In this document: positions 44,138 to 57,024 of the stretch, in pieces
Numbering within the stretch: the first letter of the stretch is position 1
Layout of the letters: the number at the start of each line of letters is the position of its first letter
Origin: Eledone cirrhosa
Lineage: Eukaryota
Reading direction: 5' to 3'
NCBI GenBank assembly: GCA_964016885.1
Contig: OZ024743.1
Location: forward strand, 181,784,001-181,848,000
Length of the DNA: 64,000 nucleotides
The notes under the pieces: model-generated
The model's database searches: none
What the model saw: the letters and a program-made list of their open reading frames with translations, nothing else
What the model was told of the DNA's origin: nothing
Position numbers and translations under genes: made by a program

Positions 44138-45845
44138 CATATGCGGTGGGGGGCAGTATAAAACTAACCCTTAAAGAACATATGTTCAAGTTTAATGCAA
44201 AACATATTCCCAAGAAGAGGGGGAAGCCATTGGTGTTAGCATTGCTGGTGGCATAGCTAACCTCTTTGAGGTGTAGTGGGACAGAAGACTTAAGGAACGC
44301 TTAGATGACAATATTATAACCCTGACTATGTACTCCCGCTACATAGATGACATAAACATCGTAGTGAAAACACCCCACAGGAGAACGAAAATCTGGAATT
44401 AGAGAAGAACACCATGGAAAGCATCCAACAAATAGCTACCTCCATCCACCAGAGTATTAAAGTTACCATAGACTACCCAACTAAACAACCATAGATTACC
44501 TGTTCTAGACTCAGAACTCTGGTTAGAAACTATTAATAATAGAACACAAATCCTCCAATTGTATTATGCCAAACCCATGACCTCCAAATACCTGATCCAC
44601 CAAAACTCATCCGTTTCGGATAACATGAAAATCAACATACTGATTACTGATTTAGTAAGAGTGATGAGGAATGTGTCCCTCATGTGCAATCCTCAAAAAT
44701 CAGAGAGACACATACAACACTTCATTCACCGCATGCATTTCTCTGGCTACAACCAGAGAGTCAAGATCAGAGTATATAAAGGAGTCAGGACCAAATGGGC
44801 AAAGATTGTAGAAAATGATGCAAATGGGACTTGCCCCATGTACAGGAGCAAATTTTTGAATAAAATAGAAAGAATTAAGAAAAAGACAACTAAAATCAAC
44901 TCATGGTATGATAGTAATAAATACCAGAGTGTAATGTTCGTCAATGCAACCCCCAGAGGCGAACTAACTTACAGATTTAGAAGGGCTCTAGACAAACTAA
45001 AATTAAATATTAAGATAGTTGAAAGACCAGGTATTCCCATAAAACCCTAATTAGTAAAACATATCCGTTTCAAAGAACCCCCTACGCTGATAGCAAATGC
45101 ATAGTCTTCAAGTTAATCCCGCAAACTAACTGCAAAACTAGAAACGTAGTATATAGCATAAGATGTACTGAGGGACAGTGTAGGAATAAGAACACAACAT
45201 ATAAAGGTGAAACAGCCCGTAGCATAGGAGAAAGAATAAATGAACACTGGCGAGAACTCCAAGAAAAACTCATCAGTACATAGCAAAATAGAATATAGGG
45301 GCTCATTAGAAAACATAGATATAACAATTATATCCACACTCAGAAAAGATGCAATACTCAGACAAATCCCAGAAGCGACAAACATAAACGAACTCCAACC
45401 AAAATTATACAGAAAACATGAGTGGAATAGCGACAACAACACTAGTAATTAAGGACAAAATAAAGACATACACACAAAAACCAAACTAATAAAACAAATC
45501 AGACACACACAGATAGAACAAACAACCGACTAATGATAAGTAAATAAACACATAAATAAATAAATAAAAACACACGCATACACGGATGTAACGCATGAGC
45601 AAATCAATCGCACAACACACAACACACAAAAACAAGATGGTGTAGGATAGAACAAAGGAGAGACACAAAATAAAAACCCAGTCATTGATAAGGTCACAGG
45701 ATGTGTGACGAAAGAGCTTTGACAATATATAAACAACCATCCGGTTATTGAACCAACCAACCGGAAATTTATAATAGATTGAAGTCAAAACCAACAGCTG
45801 CGTGTGTTTTTATGAGAAATCTTGCAAAACAAATTCAAAAAGGAA

Positions 45846-45846
<1 letters not shown>
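44138..45846 (+). mobile_element. PLE-2 longer copy (RT plus GIY-YIG, decayed)
   Basis: GEAIGVSIAGGIANLF, YSRYIDDI, LPVLD, YYAKPM, then VVYSIRC..YKGETAR. Confidence 0.88.
45681..45723 (+). ncRNA. Minimal hammerhead of PLE-2, U3-A8 variant
   Basis: GTCA TTGATAA G GTCACA-GGATG-TGTGAC GAAA GAGC T T TGAC. Confidence 0.7.
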
Positions 45847-45916
<70 letters not shown>

Positions 45917-46228
45917 TATCAATCAAGTACTGGGGTCGATTTGTCCTCGATACCTTTTTCTCACTTCCATTCTCTCACTCTGTGTCCATCCTTTTCTGGA
46001 AGAAATCTGCTGTATTCAGATCTAGAGAAGAGATAGACTCCGAAAAGAGACACCGAATGCCATTACAACACCTCTAACACACAAACAGGAGTAACTACTT
46101 CATACATATATGAGCCAATAGTAAATATTAATGTTAGAAATAGCACCCAAATCTCACTCAAATCACATGTTTTATATGTGGTATGTGTATATATATATAT
46201 ATTTATATATATATATGTGTGTGTGTGT

Positions 46229-46263
<35 letters not shown>

Positions 46264-46689
46264 TATATACGAATGAGTTAACGAAAGAGACCTTTGTGTG
46301 GAAGCTAGAACCAGGGGCTGTGGAAGCATTTCTAAATTGGGTGGAGGGGGGGGGTGCAAATTTGGACAATTTAGTTGTAGTGATTAGTTTAGTTCTTTGC
46401 AGTCTAAAATGGTCAGAAAACTTCGATATGAGGTAAACAAAACATATGTATAAATTGCAGCGCAAATCCAAATATATGTGTGTTTTGGTAGTTTGGGGAG
46501 AAAATATAATTATTAGTTCAACTGCCACTGTATATATATCATTAACAAATATGTGCTCCGTGCCCTTTCCTAAGGGGTTAATATATCTAGCTTCTTTGCA
46601 TTGGTAAGAAACTGGTGTTATACCCAATTTATTCATCTCGTCCACACACGCACATACACACACATATATATATATATATACACATATAT

Positions 46690-47064
46690 ACATATATATA
46701 TTTATATATATGTAAAAGGTAAACAGAAATAACAACGCAATCGGTACAGTATATGAAAGATATATATTAGGTTAACGCTTGATATAGCAGGAAGAGGGTC
46801 TTAACGTTTCGGACGCTAGTCTTAAACAGAAGAAAGAATGAGAAATAAAATAGATTGAGGGGACGGGCGGGATGGAATTGGGAAAAATGTCTTTAGATAA
46901 AAATAACAGGCCCATTCATGTTGACATCTCTTGCAAAACTGTTGGTGCTGGCGTTTTGTGTATGATTTATGTTTTAGAAAAGTGGCTGATGGACCGCGTC
47001 TACCTGAAATGGAAAAAAAACCATTTTGTAAAAAGAGCTATACTTGAGCACGTGCGTAAGAATG

Positions 47065-47152
<88 letters not shown>

Positions 47153-49575
47153 CCTGTACGTGTGCGTGTGTGTGTGTTCGTGTGCATGCGCGTGCGCGTG
47201 CGTGTGCGCGTGCGTGTGCGCGTGCGTGTGCGCGTGCGTGTGCGCGTGCGTGTGCGCGTGCGTGTGCGCGTGCGTGTGCGAAGCTAAGAAGAAATGTGTG
47301 TATATATGTGAGTAAAAGAGTGTGTGTGCATGTAAGTACGAAGCTATGAGCAAAAGTATGTTAGGCATGTATTAGTAGTAAGAGAAGTTGCTAAGAGAAA
47401 GCGATAGGAAACTAGGGGTGTCATAATGGACGGGGTATTAGAGAAATTGGGGAGGTGAGTTGAGTCCAAGAGGGGAATAGGACCCAAGACGGTGAATCAG
47501 ACTTTGTTCAGTCCTGGTGCGCGAGGCCTGTGATCCATGATGTAAAAGAACACCCAGGGCTGAAACATGTAGGGAAGAATGACCAGGAGAACAGAAATGA
47601 CGGGCGACTGGAGTATCCAAACCGAGTCGTATGTCCCTCAAATGTTCGGCAAAACGGTCCGCCATACGGCGTTCCGTTTGTCCGATATATGAAGACCCGC
47701 AAAGGGAACACTGGTGGGCATAGACAACGTGGGTGGATGTGCAGGTGAAGGAATGGCGGATATGGAAAGACCCGTTAGGGCCTGTAAGAGTGGTGGGGGT
47801 GGAAATAAAGGGACAAGTGTTGCAGCGGGAACGGGAATAAGGAGCCGCGTGGAGTCGTGGGAGAGGCCGACAAAGAACTGCGAACCAGGAGGTCGTGGAG
47901 GTTTCGGGCGCGCATAGAAGCAGTAATTGGTGGGTTTGGAATAAAGCGAGAAGTGACGGAATCAGAAGAGAGTGTACGGAAGGAACGGAGGATATATCGC
48001 CCGATTGGTAGGGTGATGGGGTGGTAGAGGAGAGGGAAAGGAACACGGGTGTTGGGAGGGCGGTGGTGAAGCGAGAGGGCGGGGGTGAAGTGAGAGGGCT
48101 GTGTTGCGGTCTGTTTCACGGGCGCGGGTGAGAGCAGCTTGGATCAAGGTGGGGAGATATCCACGCTGGATGAAGCAGGAAGCCATGCAAAGGGAATGGG
48201 TTTCGAAATCGTCGTCCTGGCTGCAGAGTCGACGAAGACGGAGGAATTGGGAATAGGGTATGGAGAGTTTGGCGTGGGTAGGATGGGAGGAGGTGAAGTC
48301 GAGATAAGATTGGGAGTCTGTTGGTTTAATGTAGATGGAAGTAGAGAGGGTGTGGTGAGAGTGATTAATAGATAGAGAGATACCTAGAAAGGCGACAGTA
48401 GAATCGGAGACGAAGGCGGTGAAATTAAGAGCAGGATGGAAATATTGGACAAAAGAAAGAAAACAGTCGAGCTGTTCTCGTGATAGAGAGGTGGCACCGA
48501 TACAGTCGTCGATATAGCGACCGTATAGCTCAGGAGTCGGTCCAGCGTACTGGGAGAAGATCTGGGCTTCGACGTAGCCAACAAACAAGTTGGCAGTTTG
48601 GACCCATTCTGGTGGTACCCATCGCTACCTGCTGGTAAAATTCACCCGAGAACAAGCTCAGCCAGTCGGAAAAGAGTGGTAGTGCTGGGGTAAGGGGTAG
48701 GGCGTAAATCTAGAAAATGCTGGAAAGCGCGGAGGCCGTCATCATGAGGGATGACGGTATAGAGAGAAGTGATGTCCAGGGTAAAGAGAAGGCGGGAGGG
48801 ACCAGGAGGGAAGGAGAAAGAGTTGAAAAGTCTAAGGGCATGATTTGTATCGTGGATGTGGGAGGGGAGATTGCCGACAAACGGGGCGAGGATGGTGTCT
48901 AAATATTCAGAAATTATCTCGGTGGGGCAGTTGCACGCAGAAACGTTAGGACGGCCAGGATTATTTTGTTTGTGTATTTGGGGGAGGAAGTAGATGGTGG
49001 GTGTACGAGGGGTGCGTACAATAAGGTTGGTGGCTGTGGGGGGTAGGTGAGAGGAGGAGATGAGCTCGTGGATGGTGGAGTACACGAGTTGTTTGGTAGC
49101 CAGAAGTGGGGTCGGAGGATAAAGGGCGGTAAAAAAGGGTATTGTGAAGCTGGCGGAGATCCTCAGCCCTATAGAGGTCAGCGCTCCAAACCACCACAGC
49201 GCCACCATTGTCAGCGGGTTTGATGACAATGTCATCGTGACACCGAAGGTTGCGAAGAGTGGAGAGCTCAGTTCGCGTGATGTTAGAGCGACGAGAATGC
49301 TGGTGGAACCGGAACCGATTCACAGTACGCCGGCAAGTATCGACAAAGGAGTCGAGGGTGCTGAACTGGCCAGAGGTCGGCGTCCAATGTGATTGCCGGC
49401 GACTGAGACGAGTGAAGTAATCCGTCTGTGTTGATGATGGCGTGTCGTAAAAATGCAAACCACGGGCCAGGAGGGAGCGCTCAGCTTCGGAAAGTGGTAG
49501 GTCCTGGGGTATGGTAACTACAGTGCAGGGACGTGAGGGGGTGAAAGAGGCGGAAGCGGAGGGGTCAAGGTGGTT
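46690..49575 (-). mobile_element. Penelope-like element PLE-3 (Neptune-like), frameshifted
   Basis: KPADNGGAVV, GRPNVS, LDITSLYT, RYIDD, KPTDSQSYL, Cys linker, VVYAHQCSLCGSSYIGQT; (TA)n at the 5' end. Confidence 0.92.
46799..46833 (-). ncRNA. Degenerate minimal hammerhead of PLE-3
   Basis: TCTT CTGTTTAA GAC-TAGC-GTCC GAAA CG T T AAGA. Confidence 0.5.
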
Positions 49576-49611
49576 GATATATATATATATATATACACAC
49601 ATATATATACG

Positions 49612-49683
<72 letters not shown>

Positions 49684-49723
49684 AATACTGTTGGATTCTC
49701 GCTAAAACAATTTCTATACCTTT

Positions 49724-49938
<215 letters not shown>

Positions 49939-49944
49939 CGTATA

Positions 49945-50007
<63 letters not shown>

Positions 50008-50012
<5 letters not shown>

Positions 50013-50204
50013 AAAAAGTATGACCCCGACGGCAGAGTTCAAGCCGTTTCGTCGGCTATTTATGGACAGTCCAGAAATAGCCGTCGAAACGGCTTGTGCT
50101 CTGCCGTCGGGGTCATACTTTTTCCTATTTCCCACTCTACTACCCTAAGTATTGAGTACTTTGGTGCGTTATGGTCCATCTGGTTCCTTACCACAATCCC
50201 TTTG

Positions 50205-50206
<2 letters not shown>
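50008..50206 (+). mobile_element. Fold-back element family H copy 2
   Basis: ~60-bp near-perfect arms; tail nearly identical to copy 1; (TA)n flanks. Confidence 0.8.
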
Positions 50207-50243
<37 letters not shown>

Positions 50244-50344
50244 CGTATATATATACATACGTTCATTTATTATGGCTATTGGTGAGCTTTGTTACTCTAA
50301 AGTTTCACCTGCGCACTCACAGGATCGTCAGTTTTATTTGAGCT

Positions 50345-50490
50345 AGAGGTTATATACCGCCGCCTGGATCAAATTATAACTGAACTTGGATTTGTGGACA
50401 AAGAACGCACCTCCCTAATTCATAGACTACAAATGGCTGCGATAGCGGCACCTTAAAAATTTGCACCTTCAACATTCTTGCGATTCAAGG
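50345..50490 (+). pseudogene. Possible C-terminal fragment of a REL-type LINE
   Basis: Translation LDQIITELGF..LIHRLQMAAI.GTLKIC..FLRF with frameshifts. Confidence 0.4.
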
Positions 50491-50592
50491 GATAACAATT
50501 TCTTTCCTTTTACAACTTTGCCAGGAGGAGGTGGTCGGTCAAAAATATACTCGAAATTAAGAGAAAGAGAAACACATATACATACATATATA

Positions 50593-53180
50593 CAGTGTTG
50601 TTGTATGGATCAGGGATATAGACCCTGACACAAGCACTTGAGTCACTGTTATTGTATGGATCAGGTACATGGACCCTGATACAAGCACTTGAGTCAGTGT
50701 TGTTGTATGGATCAGGTACGTAGACCCTGACGCAAGCACTTGAGTATGTGTTATTGTATGGATCAGGTACATAGACCCTGACACAAGCACTTGAGTCAAT
50801 GTTATTGTATGGATCAGGTACGTGGACCCTGACGCAAGCACTTGAGTCAGTGTTGTTGTATGGATCAGGGATATAGACCCTGACACAAGCACTTGAGTCA
50901 GTGTTATTGTATGGATCAGGTACGTAGACCCTGACGCAAGCACTTGAGTATATGTTATTGTATGGATCAGGTACATAGACCCTGACACAAGCACTTGAGT
51001 CAATGTTGTTGTATGGATCAGGTACATGGACCCTGACACAAGCACTTGAGTCAGTGTTGTTATATGGATCGGGTACGTAGACCCTGACGCAAGCACTTGA
51101 GTATGTGTTATTGTATGGATCAGGTACATAGACCCTGACACAAGCACTTGAGTCAATGTTATTGTATGGATCAGGTACGTGGACCCTGACGCAAGCACTT
51201 GAGTCAGTGTTGTTGTATGGATCAGGGATATAGACTCTGACACAAGCACTTGAGTCAGTGTTATTGTATGGATCAGGTACATGGACCCTGATACAAGCAC
51301 TTGAGTCAGTGTTGTTGTATGGATCAGGTACATGGACCCTGACGCAAGTACTTGAGTCAGTGTTGTTGTATGGATCAGGGACATAGACCCTGACACAAGC
51401 ACTTGAGTCAGTGTTATTGTATGGATCAGGTACATGGACCCTGATACAAGCACTTGAGTCAGTGATGTTGTATGGATCAGGTACATGGACCCTGACGCAA
51501 GCACTTGAGTCAGTGTTGTTGTATGGATCAGGTACATGGACCCAGACAAGCACTTGAGTCAGTGTTGTTGTATGGATCAGGTACATGGACCCTGATACAA
51601 GCACTTGAGTATGTGTTATTGTATGGATCAGATACATGGACCCTGACGCAAGCACTTGAGTCGGTTTTGTTGTATGGATCAGGTACATGGACCCTGACGC
51701 AAGCACTTGAGTCAGTGTTGTTGTATGGATCATGTACATGGACCCTGACACAAGCACTTGAGTCAGTGTTGTTGTATAGATCAGGTACATAGACCCTGAC
51801 ACAAGCACTTGAGTCAGTGTTGTTGTATAGATCAGGTACATGGACCCTGACGCAAGCACTTGAGTCAGTGTTGTTGTATGGATCAGGTACATAGACCCTG
51901 ACACAAGCACTTGAGTCAGTGTTGTTGTATGGATCAGGTACATAGACCCTGACACAAGCACTTGAGTCAGTGTTGTTGTCTGGATCAGGTACATAGACAC
52001 TGACACAAGCACTTGAGTCAGGTTGTTGTATGGATCAGGTACATGGACCCTGACACAAGCACTTGAGTCAGTGTTGTTGTATGGATCAGGTACATGGACC
52101 CTGACACAAGCACTTGAGTCAGTGTTGTTGTATGGATCAGGTACATAGACCCTGACACAAGCACTTGAGTCAGTGTTGTTGTATGGATCAGGTACATGGA
52201 CCCTGACACAAGCACATGAGTCAGTGTTGTTGTATGGATCAGGTACATAGACCCTGACACAAGCACTTGAGTCAGTGTTGTTGTATGGATCAGGTACATG
52301 GACCCTGACACAAGCACTTGAGTCAGTGTTGTTGTATGGATCAGGTACATGGACCCTGACACAAGCACTTGAGTCAGTGTTGTTGTATGGATCAGGTACA
52401 TGGACCCTGACACAAGCACTTGAGTCAGTGTTGTTGTATGGATCAGGTACATAGACCCTGACACAAGCACTTGAGTCAGTGTTGTTGTCTGGATCAGGTA
52501 CATAGACCCTGACACAAGCACTTGAGTCAGTGTTGTTGTATGGATCAGGTACATGGACCCTGACACAAGCACTTGAGTCAGTGTTGTATGGATCAGGTAC
52601 ATAGATCCTGATGCAACCACTTGAGTCAGTGTTGTTGTATGGCTCAAGTATGTGGACTCTGATACAAGCACTTGAGTCAATGTTGTTGTATGGATCAGAT
52701 ACATGGACCCTGACACAAGCACTTGAGTCAGTGTTGTTGTATAGATCAGGTACATGGACCCTGACACAAGCACTTGAGTCAGTGTTGTTGTATAGATCAT
52801 GTACATGGACCGTGACGCAAGCACTTGAGTCAGTGTTGTTGTATGGATCAGGTACATAGACCCTGACACAAGCACTTGAGTCAGTTTTGTTGTATGGATC
52901 AGGTACATGGAACGTGACTCAAGCACTTGAGTCAGTGTTATTGTATGGATCAGGTACATGGACCCAGACAAGCACTTGAGTCAGTGTTGTTGTATGGATC
53001 AGATACATGGACCCTGACACAAGCACCTGAGTCAATTTTGTTGTATGGATCAGGTACATGCACCCTGACGCAAGCACTTGAGTCAGTGTTGTTGTATGGA
53101 TCAAGTTTGTGGACCCTGACACAAGCACTTGAGTCAGTGTTGTTGTATGGATCAGGTACATGGATCTTGACACAAGCACC
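50593..53180. repeat. 51-bp minisatellite, ~50 copies
   Basis: Unit TTGAGTCAGTGTTGTTGTATGGATCAGGTACATGGACCCTGACACAAGCAC. Confidence 0.97.
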
Positions 53181-53495
53181 TAAGAAGAAACTAGGCGCGT
53201 ACACTAAACAGATTAGGGTTGTACAAAACATAAACTAGTAACAACGCATTAAAAATAATAATTTATAAGGAAACCTGCCCCAAATTAATAACTATATTTG
53301 CTCAAATACTGTTACGAAATATTTGCCCGACATTGCCGAAGAAGTAATAGGAAGTTATACACAAGCTACTATAATGGGAACCAATTAAAGAGAGATGCAG
53401 TAGAGAAAGACCTGCAAGAATCGTCATCAATCAACTCTCAAATGATACAAACCTCAGTAGGGAGCAGTTACCAGGAGCAATGGAAAATTGTGAAT

Positions 53496-54194
53496 TGGGG
53501 AGAGACTTTGTGAGGAATGTTCGACTGTGGTCACAGTGATGATGATGGGGATGTGGGGAGAGACTTTGTGAGGAATGTTCGACTGTGGTCACAGTGATGA
53601 TGATGAGGATGTGGGGAGAGACTTTGTGAGGAATGTTCGACTGTGGTCACAGTGATGATGATGAGGATGTGGGGAGAGACTTTGTGAGGAATGTTCGACT
53701 GTGGTCACAGTGATGATGATGAGGATGTGGGGAGAGACTTTGTGAGGAATGTTCGACTGTGGTCACAGTGATGATGATGAGGATGTGGGGAGAGACTTTG
53801 TGAGGAATGTTCGACTGTGGTCACAGTGATGATGATGAGGATGTGGGGAGAGACTTTGTGAGGAATGTTCGACTGTGGTCACAGTGATGATGATGATGAG
53901 GATGTGGGGAGAGACTTTGTCAGGAATGTTCGACTGTGGTCACAGTGATGATGATGAGGATGTGGGGAGAGACTTTGTGAGGAATGTTCGACTGTGGTCA
54001 CAGTGATGATGATGGGGATGTGGGGAGAGACTTTGTGAGGAATGTTCGACTGTGGTCACAGTGATGATGATGAGGATGTGGGGAGAGACTTTGTGAGGAA
54101 TGTTCGACTGTGGTCACAGTGATGATGATGGGGATGTGGGGAGAGACTTTGTGAGGAATGTTCGACTGTGGTCACAGTGATGATGATGATGATG
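53496..54194. repeat. 58-bp minisatellite, ~12 copies
   Basis: Unit GACTGTGGTCACAGTGATGATGATGAGGATGTGGGGAGAGACTTTGTGAGGAATGTTC. Confidence 0.97.
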
Positions 54195-54244
54195 AGAAAT
54201 AAAGTGTGTTCTTTTGTACAGGCTTCAATCTTTGTAAGTTTGTA

Positions 54245-55128
<884 letters not shown>

Positions 55129-55330
55129 TACAATCATACATACGGTAGACGTACATAAATATGAAAGTGAGTCAGTCAATTACAATTGTACAATGTATGT
55201 CAAGTATTTCGTCTGAAAAGACATCAATGTTTGGAGAGATGAAACTTGTCCACCTCCCTTTCTACTTTTCTCTATGTAGATCTGGTCTAGGCCAGTATTG
55301 GTGCAGTCCATGTTTAACTTAATAGCACCA

Positions 55331-55397
<67 letters not shown>

Positions 55398-55442
55398 TGT
55401 ATATATATATATATATATATGTTGCCAAAAAGTAGAAACAAT

Positions 55443-55522
<80 letters not shown>

Positions 55523-55538
55523 TGTTTCAACTTTTTGG

Positions 55539-55572
<34 letters not shown>

Positions 55573-55577
<5 letters not shown>

Positions 55578-56417
55578 AGTTAATATAAATTAATATATGA
55601 TAAACACATAAGTGTTTGTATTGTAAAAGACGAAGTTGGCTAGAATGAAATAAACTAATTCAAATAAATGTAGTTTGCCTGTCTCGATTTAAAATAATAA
55701 ATCAATAAAAACAAACCCATATTGGCAATAACCGTGATACCTGGACAAATTTAAATTTCAAAATCCAAACCTGTTCCACAGACAAATTTGAATTTCAAAA
55801 CCCAAATAAGTATCGCAACGATAGTATAAAAAAAAGTGAAAGATACCAATTTTCTGTGTTCATCAACAGGTATCCAGAAAAATTAGGATGTTTCACCTCG
55901 AAATATTTTTGGAGGTCTGGTGCACAAGCGCAAACGCACGAGGTTTTCCAGCTCACTAGCTACCCCATACCCACGGCGCTAGAAATAACAGCCGTTTATA
56001 TGGGATTAAAAACTAGCTCAACAAAAGGAGCCGTAATATTATATTATATTTAAGGGTTATAAACTCAAACAGTCCTTTCCAAAAATATTTCGAGGTGAAA
56101 CATCCTAATTTTTTTGGATACCTGTTGATGAACACAGAAAATTGGTATCTTTCACTTTTTTTATACTATCGTTGCGATACTTATTTGGGTTTTGAAATTC
56201 AAATTTGTCTGTGGAACAGGTTTGGATTTTGAAATTTAAATTTGTCCAGGTATCACGGTTATTGCCAATATGGGTTTGTTTTTATTGATTTATTATTTTA
56301 AATCGAGACAGGCAAACTATATTTATTTGAATTAGTTTATTTCATTCTAGCCAACTTCGTCTTTTACAATACAAACACTTATGTGTTTATCATATATTAA
56401 TTTATATTAACTTGTAT
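55573..56417. repeat. Large inverted repeat with ~340-bp near-identical arms and a ~165-bp spacer
   Basis: 55573-55913 is the reverse complement of 56078-56417 with very few mismatches. Confidence 0.93.
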
Positions 56418-56493
56418 TTCATGGCTCAGAAATGCTTCTTTCTTCGAGCTAATTAATTGTAAAGGACTGTTTGAGTTTATAACTCTAAATATA

Positions 56494-56550
<57 letters not shown>

Positions 56551-56551
<1 letters not shown>

Positions 56552-56688
56552 AATTGTTTCTACTTTTTGGCACAAGGCCAGCAATTACCCAGTGCATTAC
56601 TGGTATTTATTTTATCGACCCCATAAGGATGAAAGGCAAAGTTAACCTCGGCGGGATTTGAACTCAGAATAGCAAGGGCCGTAACTCT
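56551..56688 (-). mobile_element. SINE-A, 5'-truncated
   Basis: Family A match. Confidence 0.85.
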
Positions 56689-56689
56689 T

Positions 56690-56900
56690 AATAATAAGTT
56701 TGAAGACTAAAATCCAAAGAGGGCTCGATAAGGATAAATATATATCAGATATATAAGAACCGTAGAGCAAATATTTATTAAAATAATAGATTAAAGTTTA
56801 AGCAAAGAATCTCTGCTTTCACCCTTAATAGGATCTTCTGAAGATCCCGTTAAGGGTGAAAGCAGCGATTCTTTGCTTAAACTTTAATCTGTTATTTTAA

Positions 56901-56902
<2 letters not shown>
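56690..56902 (-). mobile_element. Fold-back element family F copy 2
   Basis: Hairpin centred at ATCTTC-T-GAAGAT (56839); tail matches 22180-22270. Confidence 0.75.
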
Positions 56903-56995
<93 letters not shown>

Positions 56996-57024
56996 ATACT
57001 TGTTATATATATATATATATATAT

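Noticed and set aside
42999-44213. 404-aa TAQYILD repeat ORF
   Set aside because: Artefact of the 21-bp minisatellite; no splice or domain evidence
46015-46062. Possible HHR GAG-ATAGA-CTC CGAAA
   Set aside because: No CUGANGA, UH site or stem I
50510-52971. 17-aa repeat ORFs
   Set aside because: Two different frames are open and indels switch between them, as expected for a minisatellite
53180-53495. Coding-like spacer between two minisatellites
   Set aside because: Contains stops and no diagnostic motif
50593-54194. CRISPR-like regular repeats
   Set aside because: No unique spacers, no cas genes, eukaryotic context
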